From NCBI GenBank assembly GCA_001189095.1, contig LFCK01000001.1, positions 253,159-317,158 on the forward strand: a DNA stretch of 64,000 bases, read 5' to 3'. A program made the position numbers and the translations under genes. The notes below the pieces were generated by a model. It made no database searches, was not told the DNA's origin, and worked only from the letters and a program-made list of their open reading frames with translations. Of the stretch, positions 30,625-40,354 are shown one piece after another; position 1 is the stretch's first letter, and the number at the start of each line of letters is the position of its first letter. This DNA is from Parcubacteria bacterium C7867-001. Its GTDB lineage: Bacteria; Patescibacteriota; Minisyncoccia; Phycocordibacterales; Phycocordibacteraceae.

Positions 30625-32595
30625 TTACCAAACCGTCTCGCGATCTTTTGGTTCGCGCCAAAGCTTGTCGCCTTTTTTCACTCCGTACGCCTCATAAAAA
30701 GGTCCGAAGTTTGAGACTGGTCCGTTGATGCGGAATTGTCCGGGCGAATGAGGATCCGTAAGCGTAATAGTCTTCTCGTATTCCGGACGAATGTTCTCGC
30801 GTTCGAATTGAGCAAAGCCAAGGAAGAAGCGTTGCTCGGGAGTGAATCCCTTGATTGTTCTTCGTCCCGTTCGTTTAAGCGCGTGCTGAAGCGCTTCGTA
30901 TCCCATGAGAAGACCCACGGAGTCTGCTATGTTCTCACCGAGCGTCAGCTTACCGTTTACTTTGACACCGTCAGCGACTACGTATTCGTTGAATTGGCGA
31001 ACAAGGGCTTTGCCTTTCGCTTCAAAGCGTTTCTTGTCGAGCGCGGTCCACCAGTTATTCAGATTTCCGTTCTTGTCGTACTTCGCGCCTTCATCATCGA
31101 AGCCGTGAGAGATTTCGTGCGCAATGACGGCACCCATCGAGCCGTAGTTGAAGGCATCGTCTCCGTCGGGATCGAAGAACGGCGGCTGCAGAATCGCTGC
31201 CGGGAAGGCGATTTCGTTCATGTTCGGAGCGTTGTAGGCGTTCACGGTTTGCGGATACATGAACCACTCATCCCTATCAATCGGGCCGTGGAGCTTTTTC
31301 ATCTGTCGCTTGTGCTCGTACTCTGCGGTGCGTACCGCATTACCGACGAAGTCATCGGCTCGTATTTCAAGACCGCGATAGCTCTTCCATTTGTCGGGGT
31401 AGCCAATTTTCTTATTCATCGCTGCAAGCTTCTGAAGCGCCTTCTTCTTGGTCGACGGACTCATCCATGGAAGTTCCTTGATGCGTTCGCGGTATGCGAA
31501 GAAAAGATCATCAACGAGCTCATTCATGCACTTCTTCGCGTGCGCGGTGAAGTATTTCTTTACATAAATCTGCCCGATGAGTTCACCGAGATTTCCATTT
31601 ACCACCGCAAGGGTGCGGCGCCAGAGCGGCTTCATATGCTTCGTACCCGTAAGCACGGTGCCGTAGAAAGCGAAATTCTGCTTGGCTACGTTTGGCGAGA
31701 GTACTCCCGCGAAATCGTCGAGTACGCACCACTCAAGATAGATCTTCCAATCCGCAAGCGGGGTGCTCATAAGGAGTTTTGAGAGCGCAGCAAGGTAGTC
31801 CGGCTGCATTACGATAAAGTTGTTTGCTGTACCCGCGCCGATGCGCGCAAAGTAACGTTTCCAATCAATAGCCGGTGAGGATTTTTGTAGGGCCGCAAGC
31901 GAGCGTTTGTTATAGGTCTTTTCGACCTCACGGCGATCCACCTTATTCATTTGTTTCTTTGCGAGCGCTGTTTCGATTTGCATAACAACTGCCGAGCGAC
32001 GTTTTGCCTCAGCGGGCTTGTAGCCAAGAAGTGCGAGCATTGCCGCAACATGCGGCACATATGCATTGCGTACGCGCTTTGATTCAGCGTCGTCCTTGAG
32101 GTAGTAGTCGCGGTCTGGCATACCGAGTCCATCTTGGAAGACGTGAAGAATGTATTTGGTTGTATTTTTTGCATCCTGATCGATGCCCGCATTAAAGAGC
32201 GGCCCGACGCCGATTCGATGGAGGTCAGCGACCAAATCCTGAAGCTCGGTCAGTGTTTCCAGCTTTTCGATGCGCTCGCGCCATGGCGCGAGCGGTTTCG
32301 CACCGAGCTTTGTGCGTGTCTTGAGATCCATGCCCGAACGGTAGAAATCTCGAATCATCTGTTCCGGACTGCCATGAGCCGCGCGTTTGAGGCTAAGCAG
32401 ATCCGCGAGAATCATCTTTAGTTTCTTTTCCGTGTCGTAGCGAAGCATCACAAACGAGCCCCAGCGCGGCTCGGTCTTGGGGATTTTGGTTCGCGCGAGC
32501 CAGCCACCGTTCGCGTAGCGATAGAAATCGTCCTGCGGCCGCACACGTATATCCATGTCGCGCACTGAAATAGGGAGAGAAACGGTCTTCTGCAT
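30625..32595 (-). CDS. M13 family metallopeptidase (PepO/neprilysin-like)
   Basis: DDFYRYANG, VNAYN, HEISHGFDD, GENIAD, DPHSP. Confidence 0.95.
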   Translation of the reverse strand: MQKTVSLPISVRDMDIRVRPQDDFYRYANGGWLARTKIPKTEPRWGSFVMLRYDTEKKLKMILADLLSLKRAAHGSPEQMIRDFYRSGMDLKTRTKLGAKPLAPWRERIEKLETLTELQDLVADLHRIGVGPLFNAGIDQDAKNTTKYILHVFQDGLGMPDRDYYLKDDAESKRVRNAYVPHVAAMLALLGYKPAEAKRRSAVVMQIETALAKKQMNKVDRREVEKTYNKRSLAALQKSSPAIDWKRYFARIGAGTANNFIVMQPDYLAALSKLLMSTPLADWKIYLEWCVLDDFAGVLSPNVAKQNFAFYGTVLTGTKHMKPLWRRTLAVVNGNLGELIGQIYVKKYFTAHAKKCMNELVDDLFFAYRERIKELPWMSPSTKKKALQKLAAMNKKIGYPDKWKSYRGLEIRADDFVGNAVRTAEYEHKRQMKKLHGPIDRDEWFMYPQTVNAYNAPNMNEIAFPAAILQPPFFDPDGDDAFNYGSMGAVIAHEISHGFDDEGAKYDKNGNLNNWWTALDKKRFEAKGKALVRQFNEYVVADGVKVNGKLTLGENIADSVGLLMGYEALQHALKRTGRRTIKGFTPEQRFFLGFAQFERENIRPEYEKTITLTDPHSPGQFRINGPVSNFGPFYEAYGVKKGDKLWREPKDRETVW

Positions 32596-32672
32596 GCGCA
32601 GCAGTATACCTCAGACGCGTTGACTCTTCATGAACTACACCCTATGGTGAGAAAAGAAGAGGAGACAAAAGT

Positions 32673-32789
32673 ATGGATACGCTTGATTCCGCCGTTGGAA
32701 CCATTCTCGCCCTCGGGCTTCTGGCCATCGGCCTCGGCCTCACAGCGCCTGTCTCGTGGCGCACGATCGTCAAATCGATCCTCCATTAA
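32673..32789 (+). CDS. small single-TM peptide (38 aa)
   Basis: SD GAGGAG; MDTLDSAVGTILALGLLAIGLGLTAPVSWRTIVKSILH; hairpin follows. Confidence 0.55.
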   Translation: MDTLDSAVGTILALGLLAIGLGLTAPVSWRTIVKSILH

Positions 32790-32839
32790 ATAAAGAAAAC
32801 CGTCCCGAAGCGCTGCGCGCTTCGGGACTTTTGTATTAA

Positions 32840-32868
32840 TTGACAAATTGTATTATATTAAATATAAT
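32840..32868 (+). promoter_or_regulatory. consensus sigma70 promoter
   Basis: TTGACA-17 nt-TATAAT. Confidence 0.8.
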
Positions 32869-32906
32869 ATATCTCGGCCATCAACCGACGGAAGAGGAGA
32901 CTTACT

Positions 32907-33158
32907 ATGTCGGCAGTGGGAGATCAATTCGAACAAGAATTGAAAAAAGAGTTTGACTGGGCGGAGCTCGGTCAAACCATTCTGGGGGTCTTCGGACTTG
33001 TGCTCGCGCTCGGCGGCTTCACTGTCTGCGTTTACTCGCAGCATCATGTCGTCGTGAACACGCAAGGCATCAATCAGGCGTTTGTCGACGGCATCACCGT
33101 GCTCGGCGTCGGCGTCATCATTGCCCAGAATGCTTTCGGAGCGATCCGGAAGAAATAA
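32907..33158 (+). CDS. small two-TM protein
   Basis: SD GAGGAG, two hydrophobic segments, terminator follows. Confidence 0.7.
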   Translation: MSAVGDQFEQELKKEFDWAELGQTILGVFGLVLALGGFTVCVYSQHHVVVNTQGINQAFVDGITVLGVGVIIAQNAFGAIRKK

Positions 33159-33216
33159 GCCTTGTTCTTGGCTCAAAATCAGCCGCCGCGCTTACGCGCG
33201 GCGGCTTTTGGTTTGT

Positions 33217-33245
33217 TTGACATAATTACTAATTTAGTATATAAT
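33217..33245 (+). promoter_or_regulatory. consensus sigma70 promoter
   Basis: TTGACA-17 nt-TATAAT. Confidence 0.8.
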
Positions 33246-33274
33246 ATAGTTTGGCAAACTGGGAGTATTGAAAG

Positions 33275-33439
33275 ATGGCGACGTTCATTCCGTTTGTAAC
33301 CCTGTTCGCGTCGGCGAGCTGTTTCGGACTTGCGACATTTAATGTCCTTTCCGGAAACCCTCTTCCGCTGCTCGCTGCAGCTGAAGTTTCCGTTGGTGTA
33401 CTCGCCTTCGGCAGCTTCCTGACCGCTCTGAAAAGCTAA
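33275..33439 (+). CDS. small two-TM peptide (54 aa)
   Basis: [54 protein letters not shown] after consensus promoter and SD GGGAG. Confidence 0.55.
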   Translation: MATFIPFVTLFASASCFGLATFNVLSGNPLPLLAAAEVSVGVLAFGSFLTALKS

Positions 33440-33505
33440 GCCCGCCCTCAAAGCCCCTTGCGCCCGGACCTTCGTCCGGGCGCTTTGTATGATATCTTCA
33501 TTCTC

Positions 33506-35449
33506 ATGACCGTTTCAGAAGTACGTAAGCGCTATCTCGCATTCATGCAATCACGCGGACACGTGATTATTCCGTCGGCTCCTATCGTGCCGGGTAACGA
33601 CCCGACGACTCTTTTTACTTCGTCCGGCATGCAACCCTTGGTTCCGTATCTCCTCGGCAAGGATCATCCGGAAGGAAAGCGTATCGCGAATTCGCAGATG
33701 AGCTTCCGCGCGGGAGACATCGAAGAAGTTGGTGACAATCGCCACACCACTTTCTTCGAAATGCTCGGCAACTGGTCGCTCGGCGACTACTTTAAGAAAG
33801 AACAGCTTCCGTGGTTCTTCGAATTCCTCACCAGCAAAGAGGAGGGGCTCGGACTCGATCCAAACAAGCTCTACGTTACGGTTTTTGCGGGAGACCCAGA
33901 GAGCGGCATGTCGGAAGACATGGAAGCAGTTGAAATCTGGAAGGAACTTTTTAAATCGAAGGGTGTGGACGCAGAATTTTCAAACATCGGTAGCGAAGTG
34001 CAGGGCTACGAAAAAGGAATGGGCGCGAATGATCGCATTTTTGCCTACGACGCAAAGAAAAACTGGTGGAGCCGTGCGGGTGTACCGAGCAAAATGCCAG
34101 CAGGCGAGCCGGGCGGTCCTGACTCAGAAGTTTTCTACGACTTCGGCCTTCCACATGACCCGAAATGGGGAGCAAACTGCCACCCGAACTGTGATTGCGG
34201 ACGCTTTGTCGAGATAGGGAACTCGGTGTTCATGCAGTTCGTGAAGAATGAGGACGGTTCGTTCTCGAATCTTCCAAAGCAGAACGTGGACTTTGGTGGA
34301 GGTCTTGAACGCCTTACGTTTGCAACCCTCGGGACACCGGATGCATTCCTTATAGATGTATTCGATGCTGCTCGCGGCGTTCTTGAGGCCCGCTCTGGGA
34401 AAACGTACGGCGAAGACGACTCCACTACCAAGGCGATGCGTATCATTCTTGACCACATGCGCGCAGCCTCTTTCATGCTTGCTGAGGGCGTTTTGCCGTC
34501 GAACACTGAAGCAGGGTATGTTCTACGCCGCCTTATTCGCCGAGCCATTGTTCAAGCAGACCGTCTTGGTATAAAAGACGCGATACTCGCCGAAGTTGCC
34601 GACGGATATGCAGCCGCGTATGTTGAGCATTATCCGCACGTTCAATCTTCTGCGGCAAAAATTCACGCGGAATTAGCGAAGGAAGAAGAGCAATTTAGAA
34701 AAACACTTGCCAATGGAATGCGCGAGTTTGAAAAATTCTTTACTGCGACAATTAACGGAGCTTTGATGGCGAAGGATTTGGATTCAGATGCTGTTTTCAA
34801 GCTTGTTACCACTGACGGTTTTCCTTTTGAACTAGTCAAAGAAGTCGCTGCTGAGCGCGGCCTTGGTGTAAATGAAATAGAATTTGAAAAGCGAATGAAA
34901 GTTCATCAAGAGACTTCACGCGCTGGCGGAGCGCAGCGCTTTGCAGGCGGACTCGCCGATCATGCAGAACAGACCGTCCGCTACCACACCACGCATCACA
35001 TTCTCCTCAAAGCACTTCAGATGGTACTTGGAGACGAAGTGAAGCAGCGCGGCTCAAACATCACCAGCGAGCGTTTGCGCATCGACTTCTCGAGTCCCGC
35101 TAAAATGACGGACGAACAGAAAGCGGATGTGGAGAAAATCGTGAACGATATTATTTATCAGGATCTTCCGGTCACACGCACCGTCATGCCGCGCACTGAA
35201 GCAGAAAAACTTGGCGCGCAGATGGAATTCGGCGTGAAATATCCCGATACGGTTTCTGTGTATTCAGTTGGACCTATCGACGCGACTGAAGCGGACCCAA
35301 AGATTCCGCAGGCATTCTCACTCGAGTTCTGTGGCGGTCCGCACGTCTCCAACACCAAAGAAATTCACGAAGGCGGAAAGAGATTCCGTATTCAAAAAGA
35401 AGAAGCCGTCGCTTCCGGCATCCGCCGCATCAAGGGAATCCTTGACTAA
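33506..35449 (+). CDS. alaS: alanine--tRNA ligase, short form
   Basis: DPTTLFTSSGMQP, HTTFFEMLGNWS, editing HTTHH and CGGPH; ends at GIRRIKGILD. Confidence 0.97.
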   Translation: MTVSEVRKRYLAFMQSRGHVIIPSAPIVPGNDPTTLFTSSGMQPLVPYLLGKDHPEGKRIANSQMSFRAGDIEEVGDNRHTTFFEMLGNWSLGDYFKKEQLPWFFEFLTSKEEGLGLDPNKLYVTVFAGDPESGMSEDMEAVEIWKELFKSKGVDAEFSNIGSEVQGYEKGMGANDRIFAYDAKKNWWSRAGVPSKMPAGEPGGPDSEVFYDFGLPHDPKWGANCHPNCDCGRFVEIGNSVFMQFVKNEDGSFSNLPKQNVDFGGGLERLTFATLGTPDAFLIDVFDAARGVLEARSGKTYGEDDSTTKAMRIILDHMRAASFMLAEGVLPSNTEAGYVLRRLIRRAIVQADRLGIKDAILAEVADGYAAAYVEHYPHVQSSAAKIHAELAKEEEQFRKTLANGMREFEKFFTATINGALMAKDLDSDAVFKLVTTDGFPFELVKEVAAERGLGVNEIEFEKRMKVHQETSRAGGAQRFAGGLADHAEQTVRYHTTHHILLKALQMVLGDEVKQRGSNITSERLRIDFSSPAKMTDEQKADVEKIVNDIIYQDLPVTRTVMPRTEAEKLGAQMEFGVKYPDTVSVYSVGPIDATEADPKIPQAFSLEFCGGPHVSNTKEIHEGGKRFRIQKEEAVASGIRRIKGILD

Positions 35450-35515
35450 ATAGTCAAACTGTATACTATTGCGCCCAAGCGCGTCGCTTCGACGCGTCAA
35501 ATCGGAGATCTTTCC

Positions 35516-35950
35516 ATGGCGAATAAGCCAAGCGGGTACGGATGGTTCTTCATCGCGACGTTCCTGATCTCAGGGCTCGTGATGGGGGATTTCATTCTCT
35601 CCCTCTCGAATACGTACCGCTCGCATGTTGCGATTGAATTCACGATTTTCGCGTGGATCATCACTGCCTTCGGGCTTCTCACCTACATGGTGCAGATGGC
35701 CCGTTCGCACGGGGCGCATGTCCGAACGATTACGTTTCTGACAAGCGTCGTCGCTGCGATGGGTATGTATTACCTCTTCGAGCAATTGCTCCCTGCGTCG
35801 TTCGCGAAGCAATTCGCTCCCGGTCCGGGCGGCATGATCGCACACGGACTCCTTCTGCTTATCCCGTGGTGGGGCGTGGCAGGGGCCATCTCGCTTCTCG
35901 TCCCCGCGCTCGTCGAGCGTCGGTGGAGGGTGGTTGCGATGCATTCGTAA
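35516..35950 (+). CDS. four-TM membrane protein
   Basis: Hydrophobic ORF, SD GGAG, terminator follows. Confidence 0.7.
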   Translation: MANKPSGYGWFFIATFLISGLVMGDFILSLSNTYRSHVAIEFTIFAWIITAFGLLTYMVQMARSHGAHVRTITFLTSVVAAMGMYYLFEQLLPASFAKQFAPGPGGMIAHGLLLLIPWWGVAGAISLLVPALVERRWRVVAMHS

Positions 35951-36011
35951 CGTAATAAAAAGGGCCGCGCTTCGCGCGGCCCTTTATCTTTTCCTATATA
36001 CTACTAGCTAC

Positions 36012-37157
36012 ATGAGTTGGCATACGTTCTTTGGTCACCCCAAACGGGAGTCGGCAGCATTGTTTGATATCGGTTCAGGCTCCGTCGGCGGCGCCTATGC
36101 TGTTTTTGAAGATGGTATGCCACCGCGCATGGTTTTCTCCCGCCGCATAGGAATTGAAAACCACGAGGGAGAATCCCTCGAAGCATCCACACTGCGCGCC
36201 TGCGCACTCGCTGCGAACGCACTTACGACCGAAGGACCAACTGTTCTCCGGCAGATAGCGGGCGACGCGCGGGTCACCTCAATTTTCGTAACTCTTTCTT
36301 CGCCATGGCAGAAAACCAGCGCGCGCACCCAAACAATCGAAGAGAAAAAGCCGTTCGTTTTCACAAAATCCCAGATGCAGGCTGCCATGAGCGCCGAAAA
36401 GCGGGATGCCGACTGGATATCGACCGGAGAATTCGTCATCGGCACCTTCCTCAACGGCTATAAAGTAGAGAACCCATTCGGGAAAAAGGTTACTCGCGTC
36501 GATATGAGCATCCTTTCCTCCGCTATTTCAGGAAAGATGCGTAAGGGAATTGAGGAAATCATCCGACACGCTTTTCATTCGCATGCCGGCAGCGTATCCG
36601 CCTTCATTCCGGTCGCGTATGAAGTCTTCCGCGATCTCTACCCGCACGAAAAGGAGTTTATGCTCATCGATGTATCGTCCGAAGCGACGGACGTCGCCTG
36701 CGTGCATGAAGGCGTTCTCGTCGACGCAGCCACAGCTCCCACCGGAATCGGCAGCATCGCGCGATCAGTTGTAGGAAATACCGGCATTCACGCGGTGGGT
36801 GGTGACCTCGTCGATCCCGCGCGCACCGTAAAGCCAACCGAGGAAGTGAAAAAGGCGCAGGACGCATGGATCACCTCGCTTCGCGACACACTCACCAAGA
36901 TGGGTGAGAGCCGCTCGCTCCCGCGCACCGTCTTCCTCCTTTCAAACAAGGACACTCGCGAATATTTAAAGAAAACACTCGAAAGCGACGCGTTCCATCC
37001 GCTCTGGCTTTCGGACGAACCGCTCAAGATTCTGCCGGTCGTCCCGTCGCACTTCACGCCGCTCGTGAAAACCATCGCGGAATCGGAGGGTGATGTCTCG
37101 CTCATGATCCTCGCGCTTTCCTACGCAAAAACCCGCGAGTCAAAAGGAGGGAAATAG
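36012..37157 (+). CDS. FtsA/PilM-like actin-fold protein (divergent)
   Basis: LFDIGSGSV (phosphate-1-like), LNGYKVENP, LIDVSSEATDV (phosphate-2-like). Confidence 0.7.
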   Translation: MSWHTFFGHPKRESAALFDIGSGSVGGAYAVFEDGMPPRMVFSRRIGIENHEGESLEASTLRACALAANALTTEGPTVLRQIAGDARVTSIFVTLSSPWQKTSARTQTIEEKKPFVFTKSQMQAAMSAEKRDADWISTGEFVIGTFLNGYKVENPFGKKVTRVDMSILSSAISGKMRKGIEEIIRHAFHSHAGSVSAFIPVAYEVFRDLYPHEKEFMLIDVSSEATDVACVHEGVLVDAATAPTGIGSIARSVVGNTGIHAVGGDLVDPARTVKPTEEVKKAQDAWITSLRDTLTKMGESRSLPRTVFLLSNKDTREYLKKTLESDAFHPLWLSDEPLKILPVVPSHFTPLVKTIAESEGDVSLMILALSYAKTRESKGGK

Positions 37158-37224
37158 GCCCCATCCCCAATAAACAGGCGCTCGTTATAAATTGTGTATC
37201 CCGTGGGGTATACTTTCCTTACCT

Positions 37225-38466
37225 ATGGCACGAACCGTCACTGACATCATCCCGCCCTCACGCAGACGCCAGATGGAGCCTATGTCGATGCGTGAAGAAT
37301 CCCTTCCGCCTCAGCGTCCCATTGCTCCAAAACGCCCTCGCCGCGGATTCCCGTACGGAACCGCCATCATTGCACTCCTTATTGTTGCCGGCTCAGTTGC
37401 CGCACTCTTCGTCTTTTCAGGAGCAAAAGTCGAGGTGACCCCGAAGACCTTTGTTGCATCTATTTCAAGCGACTTCACCGCAACCCAAGGCGGCGGCGAC
37501 CTTCCTTTTGAAATCGTGACCGTAGAAAAAACCGGCACGAAGTCGGTGAAGGCGGAAAGCACCGTGACCGCAAATGATTCCGCACAGGGAACTATCACCA
37601 TCTACAACACGCAAGCAGCAGCACAAGCGCTCATCACCAACACCCGCTTTGAATCTCCGGAGGGTCTTATCTTCCGCATCCATGCCCCAGTCACCGTCCC
37701 AGCTGGTTCGACCGAAAATCCAGGCACCGTCTCGGCAACCGTCTTCGCCGATCAGGGTGGCGAAAAGTACAACATTCCTGCAGCAAGCTTCACGCTTCCA
37801 GGACTTAAGGGCGGGAAGTCCTTCACACAGGTGTATGCAAAATCGACAGGCGCAATGACGGGCGGATTCTCGGGCAGCCGCCCATCAGTCGGCGAAGCAA
37901 CCCGTCAGGCACAAAAAGGTCCGCTTGAGTCCGCGCTCAAAGAAGAGCTTCAGAAGTCGCTAGGAGCTCAAATGAAAGAAGGCTACATCCTCATCCCAAG
38001 CAGCGTGACGACCAGCTTCACACCAGTACCAGACACGGCCGGAGAAAACAATCAGGTGGTTATCGCAGAAAAGGGAATTATGACCGCAGTCATCTTCCCG
38101 AACGAAGCGCTTGCGAAAGCAATCGCGTTCAAGGTAGTTCCGATGTACGCCGGCGAGCCAGTCACCCTTTCTAACCCTGAAGGTCTTACGTTCGCTCCTT
38201 CCGCGTCCTCAACCCCCGCAAGCGGCAAGCCGTATACCTTCAATCTCTCAGGTTCGACCACCCTCGTCTGGACCATAGATACGGCCAAGATAGGCGGTGC
38301 TGTGGCGGGTAAGAAGCGCGAATCGGCAGAAGCTATCCTCATGGGCTTCCCAGAAATAGACAAGGCCATTCTCGTCCTTCGCCCCTTCTTTGCAACGACC
38401 TTCCCCGCAGATCCAGCTAAAATCACCATCGACGTGGTGACCCCCGCAAAAGAGGAAAAGAAGTAG
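37225..38466 (+). CDS. membrane-anchored protein with baseplate-J-like beta domain
   Basis: TM then AQGTITIYN...LITNTRF...VFADQGGEKYNI...MTGG. Confidence 0.65.
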   Translation: MARTVTDIIPPSRRRQMEPMSMREESLPPQRPIAPKRPRRGFPYGTAIIALLIVAGSVAALFVFSGAKVEVTPKTFVASISSDFTATQGGGDLPFEIVTVEKTGTKSVKAESTVTANDSAQGTITIYNTQAAAQALITNTRFESPEGLIFRIHAPVTVPAGSTENPGTVSATVFADQGGEKYNIPAASFTLPGLKGGKSFTQVYAKSTGAMTGGFSGSRPSVGEATRQAQKGPLESALKEELQKSLGAQMKEGYILIPSSVTTSFTPVPDTAGENNQVVIAEKGIMTAVIFPNEALAKAIAFKVVPMYAGEPVTLSNPEGLTFAPSASSTPASGKPYTFNLSGSTTLVWTIDTAKIGGAVAGKKRESAEAILMGFPEIDKAILVLRPFFATTFPADPAKITIDVVTPAKEEKK

Positions 38467-38512
38467 GGTTGACGCCATTATCTGTCTCTGCTAATCTAAT
38501 CAAGCTTCACAC

Positions 38513-38728
38513 ATGGAGGGAAACAAGGAAGACGCACCAACCGGCATTGTCGAAGAAGTGCTACCAAATTCCTTGTTCCGGGTTCGTATGCCGCAGGGAG
38601 AGCTCGTGCTCGCCTACCTCGCTGGAAAAATGCGGCTGCACCGGATTCGAGTCCTTGTAGGGGACCAGGTTGAACTGGTACTAGACCCCTACGGAGGACG
38701 CGCTCGCATTGTGAGGCGTTTATCCTAA
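38513..38728 (+). CDS. infA: translation initiation factor IF-1
   Basis: EVLPNSLFRV, LAGKMRLHRIRVLVGD. Confidence 0.95.
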   Translation: MEGNKEDAPTGIVEEVLPNSLFRVRMPQGELVLAYLAGKMRLHRIRVLVGDQVELVLDPYGGRARIVRRLS

Positions 38729-38736
38729 ACCCTACG

Positions 38737-38853
38737 ATGAAAGTACGCGCTTCAATCAAGGCACAACAGCCAGGTGATATCCTCGTCCGCCGCAAAGGGC
38801 GTCTTTTTCGTATCAATAAGCTCAAGCCGCGCCGCAAGGCTCGTCAGGGCTAA
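38737..38853 (+). CDS. rpmJ: 50S ribosomal protein L36 (Cys-free form)
   Basis: MKVRASIKAQQPGDILVRRKGRLFRINKLKPRRKARQG; absent from ORF track because of size. Confidence 0.95.
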   Translation: MKVRASIKAQQPGDILVRRKGRLFRINKLKPRRKARQG

Positions 38854-38868
38854 TTAATTTTCGTACAC

Positions 38869-39249
38869 ATGCGTATTGCCGGCGTTACCATTCCAGACGA
38901 TAAGCAGCTCGCGTACTCGTTGCCTTTGATTTACGGCATCGGCAAGACGCGCGCGCTCTCAATCCTCGCAACGGCGAAGATCGACCCGACCACGAAGGGT
39001 AAGGATCTTTCGTCTGCACAGGAAAAGGAAGTCCGCGAACTCGCCGAAGGCTTCACCATCGAAGGTGAGCTCCGCCGCGAAATCGGCCAGAACGTGAAGC
39101 GTTTGAAGGATATCGGCACGAAGCGCGGAACGCGCCATGCTCGCCGCCTTCCCGTGAAGAATCAGCGCACGAAGACCAACTCGCGCACCGTCCGCGGCAA
39201 TACGCGCAAGACCATGGGTTCGGGTCGCCGTACGCTTGAGAAGACATAA
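38869..39249 (+). CDS. rpsM: 30S ribosomal protein S13
   Basis: MRIAGV, IYGIG, QRTKTNSRT. Confidence 0.97.
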   Translation: MRIAGVTIPDDKQLAYSLPLIYGIGKTRALSILATAKIDPTTKGKDLSSAQEKEVRELAEGFTIEGELRREIGQNVKRLKDIGTKRGTRHARRLPVKNQRTKTNSRTVRGNTRKTMGSGRRTLEKT

Positions 39250-39274
39250 AATTTAAGCCTTTTGTAATTTACCT

Positions 39275-39709
39275 ATGGGAAAGAAACGAATCATCAAGAA
39301 GAGCGGCAAAGGCCTCGATCAGGGACGCAAGGAGCGCGCCCTTTCGAAAATCGCAAAGAAGCGCATCGAGCGCGGTATTCTTCACGTTGAAGCAACCTTC
39401 AACAACACCAAGTGCGTCCTTACGGACGAGAAGGGCAATGCCGTCATGTCTTCTTCCGCAGGTGCGCTCGGCTTCTCTGGCGCCCGCAAGTCGACCCCGT
39501 ACGCAGCCGCTAAGGTCGGTGAACTTCTCGGCGAAAAGGCAGCAGTCATCGGCCTTAAGGAGGCTTCCGTCATCATCCGCGGCATCGGTGCTGGTCGCGA
39601 ATCAGCTCTCCGCGCATTCGCAGGAAAGGGTATCGCTATCCGCGCTATTAAGGACGCAACGCCGGTTCCGCACAACGGCCCGCGCCCACCTAAGCCTCGT
39701 CGCGTCTAA
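39275..39709 (+). CDS. rpsK: 30S ribosomal protein S11
   Basis: ATFNNT, RKSTPYAA, TPVPHNG. Confidence 0.97.
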   Translation: MGKKRIIKKSGKGLDQGRKERALSKIAKKRIERGILHVEATFNNTKCVLTDEKGNAVMSSSAGALGFSGARKSTPYAAAKVGELLGEKAAVIGLKEASVIIRGIGAGRESALRAFAGKGIAIRAIKDATPVPHNGPRPPKPRRV

Positions 39710-39715
39710 ACTCAT

Positions 39716-40324
39716 ATGAAAATCGGACCAAAATACAAAATCGCTAAGCGCCTCGGAGCATCAGTCTTCGACAAGACGCAGTCCCAGAAATTCGCCCTCT
39801 CGCAGGAGCGCAAGTTCAAGGCGCGCCCACGCGGCCGCGGCCAGACGGAATTCGGCAAGCAGCTTCTCGAAAAGCAGAAGGTGCGCATGACCTACGGCAT
39901 TTCTGAAAAGCAGTTCGGCAACTACGTCGAGTCGGCTATGCATACGCACGGCGCAAGTCCTGTAGAAATCCTCCACCGTTCGCTCGAGATGCGTCTCGAC
40001 AACATCACCTACCGCCTCGGCCTCGCGGCAAGTCGTCGTGCTGCTCGCCAGATGGTCTCTCACGGACACATCACGGTGAACGGCATCAAGACGACGATTC
40101 CGTCGCGCGCCATCCGCATCGGGGACCGCATCGCAGTCCGCGAGGGAAGCAAGGGCTCCGCGCTCTTCACGAACTTCGGCGAGAAGTTCATGGAGCGCCC
40201 GCTTCCGTCGTGGCTTACGTGGAATCCGAAGTCGATGGAAGGCGGCGTGGCCGTCATGCCGACCGCGGAATCCGCGGATCCGGCTGGCGACCTCGTGTCG
40301 GTGCTCTCGTTCTACAGCCGTTAA
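39716..40324 (+). CDS. rpsD: 30S ribosomal protein S4
   Basis: QLLEKQK, LEMRLDN, ARQMVSHGHI. Confidence 0.97.
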   Translation: MKIGPKYKIAKRLGASVFDKTQSQKFALSQERKFKARPRGRGQTEFGKQLLEKQKVRMTYGISEKQFGNYVESAMHTHGASPVEILHRSLEMRLDNITYRLGLAASRRAARQMVSHGHITVNGIKTTIPSRAIRIGDRIAVREGSKGSALFTNFGEKFMERPLPSWLTWNPKSMEGGVAVMPTAESADPAGDLVSVLSFYSR

Positions 40325-40354
40325 TTTTTATTCAAAGGTAATTACGATTGAGTT

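Noticed and set aside
30736-31782. 348-aa ORF antisense to the M13 peptidase (also 40328..41362 over rpoA and 23520..24437)
   Set aside because: Shadow ORFs of well-supported genes on the other strand
33506-35449. alaS as a truncated pseudogene
   Set aside because: Catalytic and editing motifs are intact and the frame is uninterrupted; short AlaRS lacking C-Ala occurs in reduced genomes
37225-38466. Prophage implied by a baseplate-J-like gene
   Set aside because: No other phage genes; the protein is membrane anchored and sits among core genes
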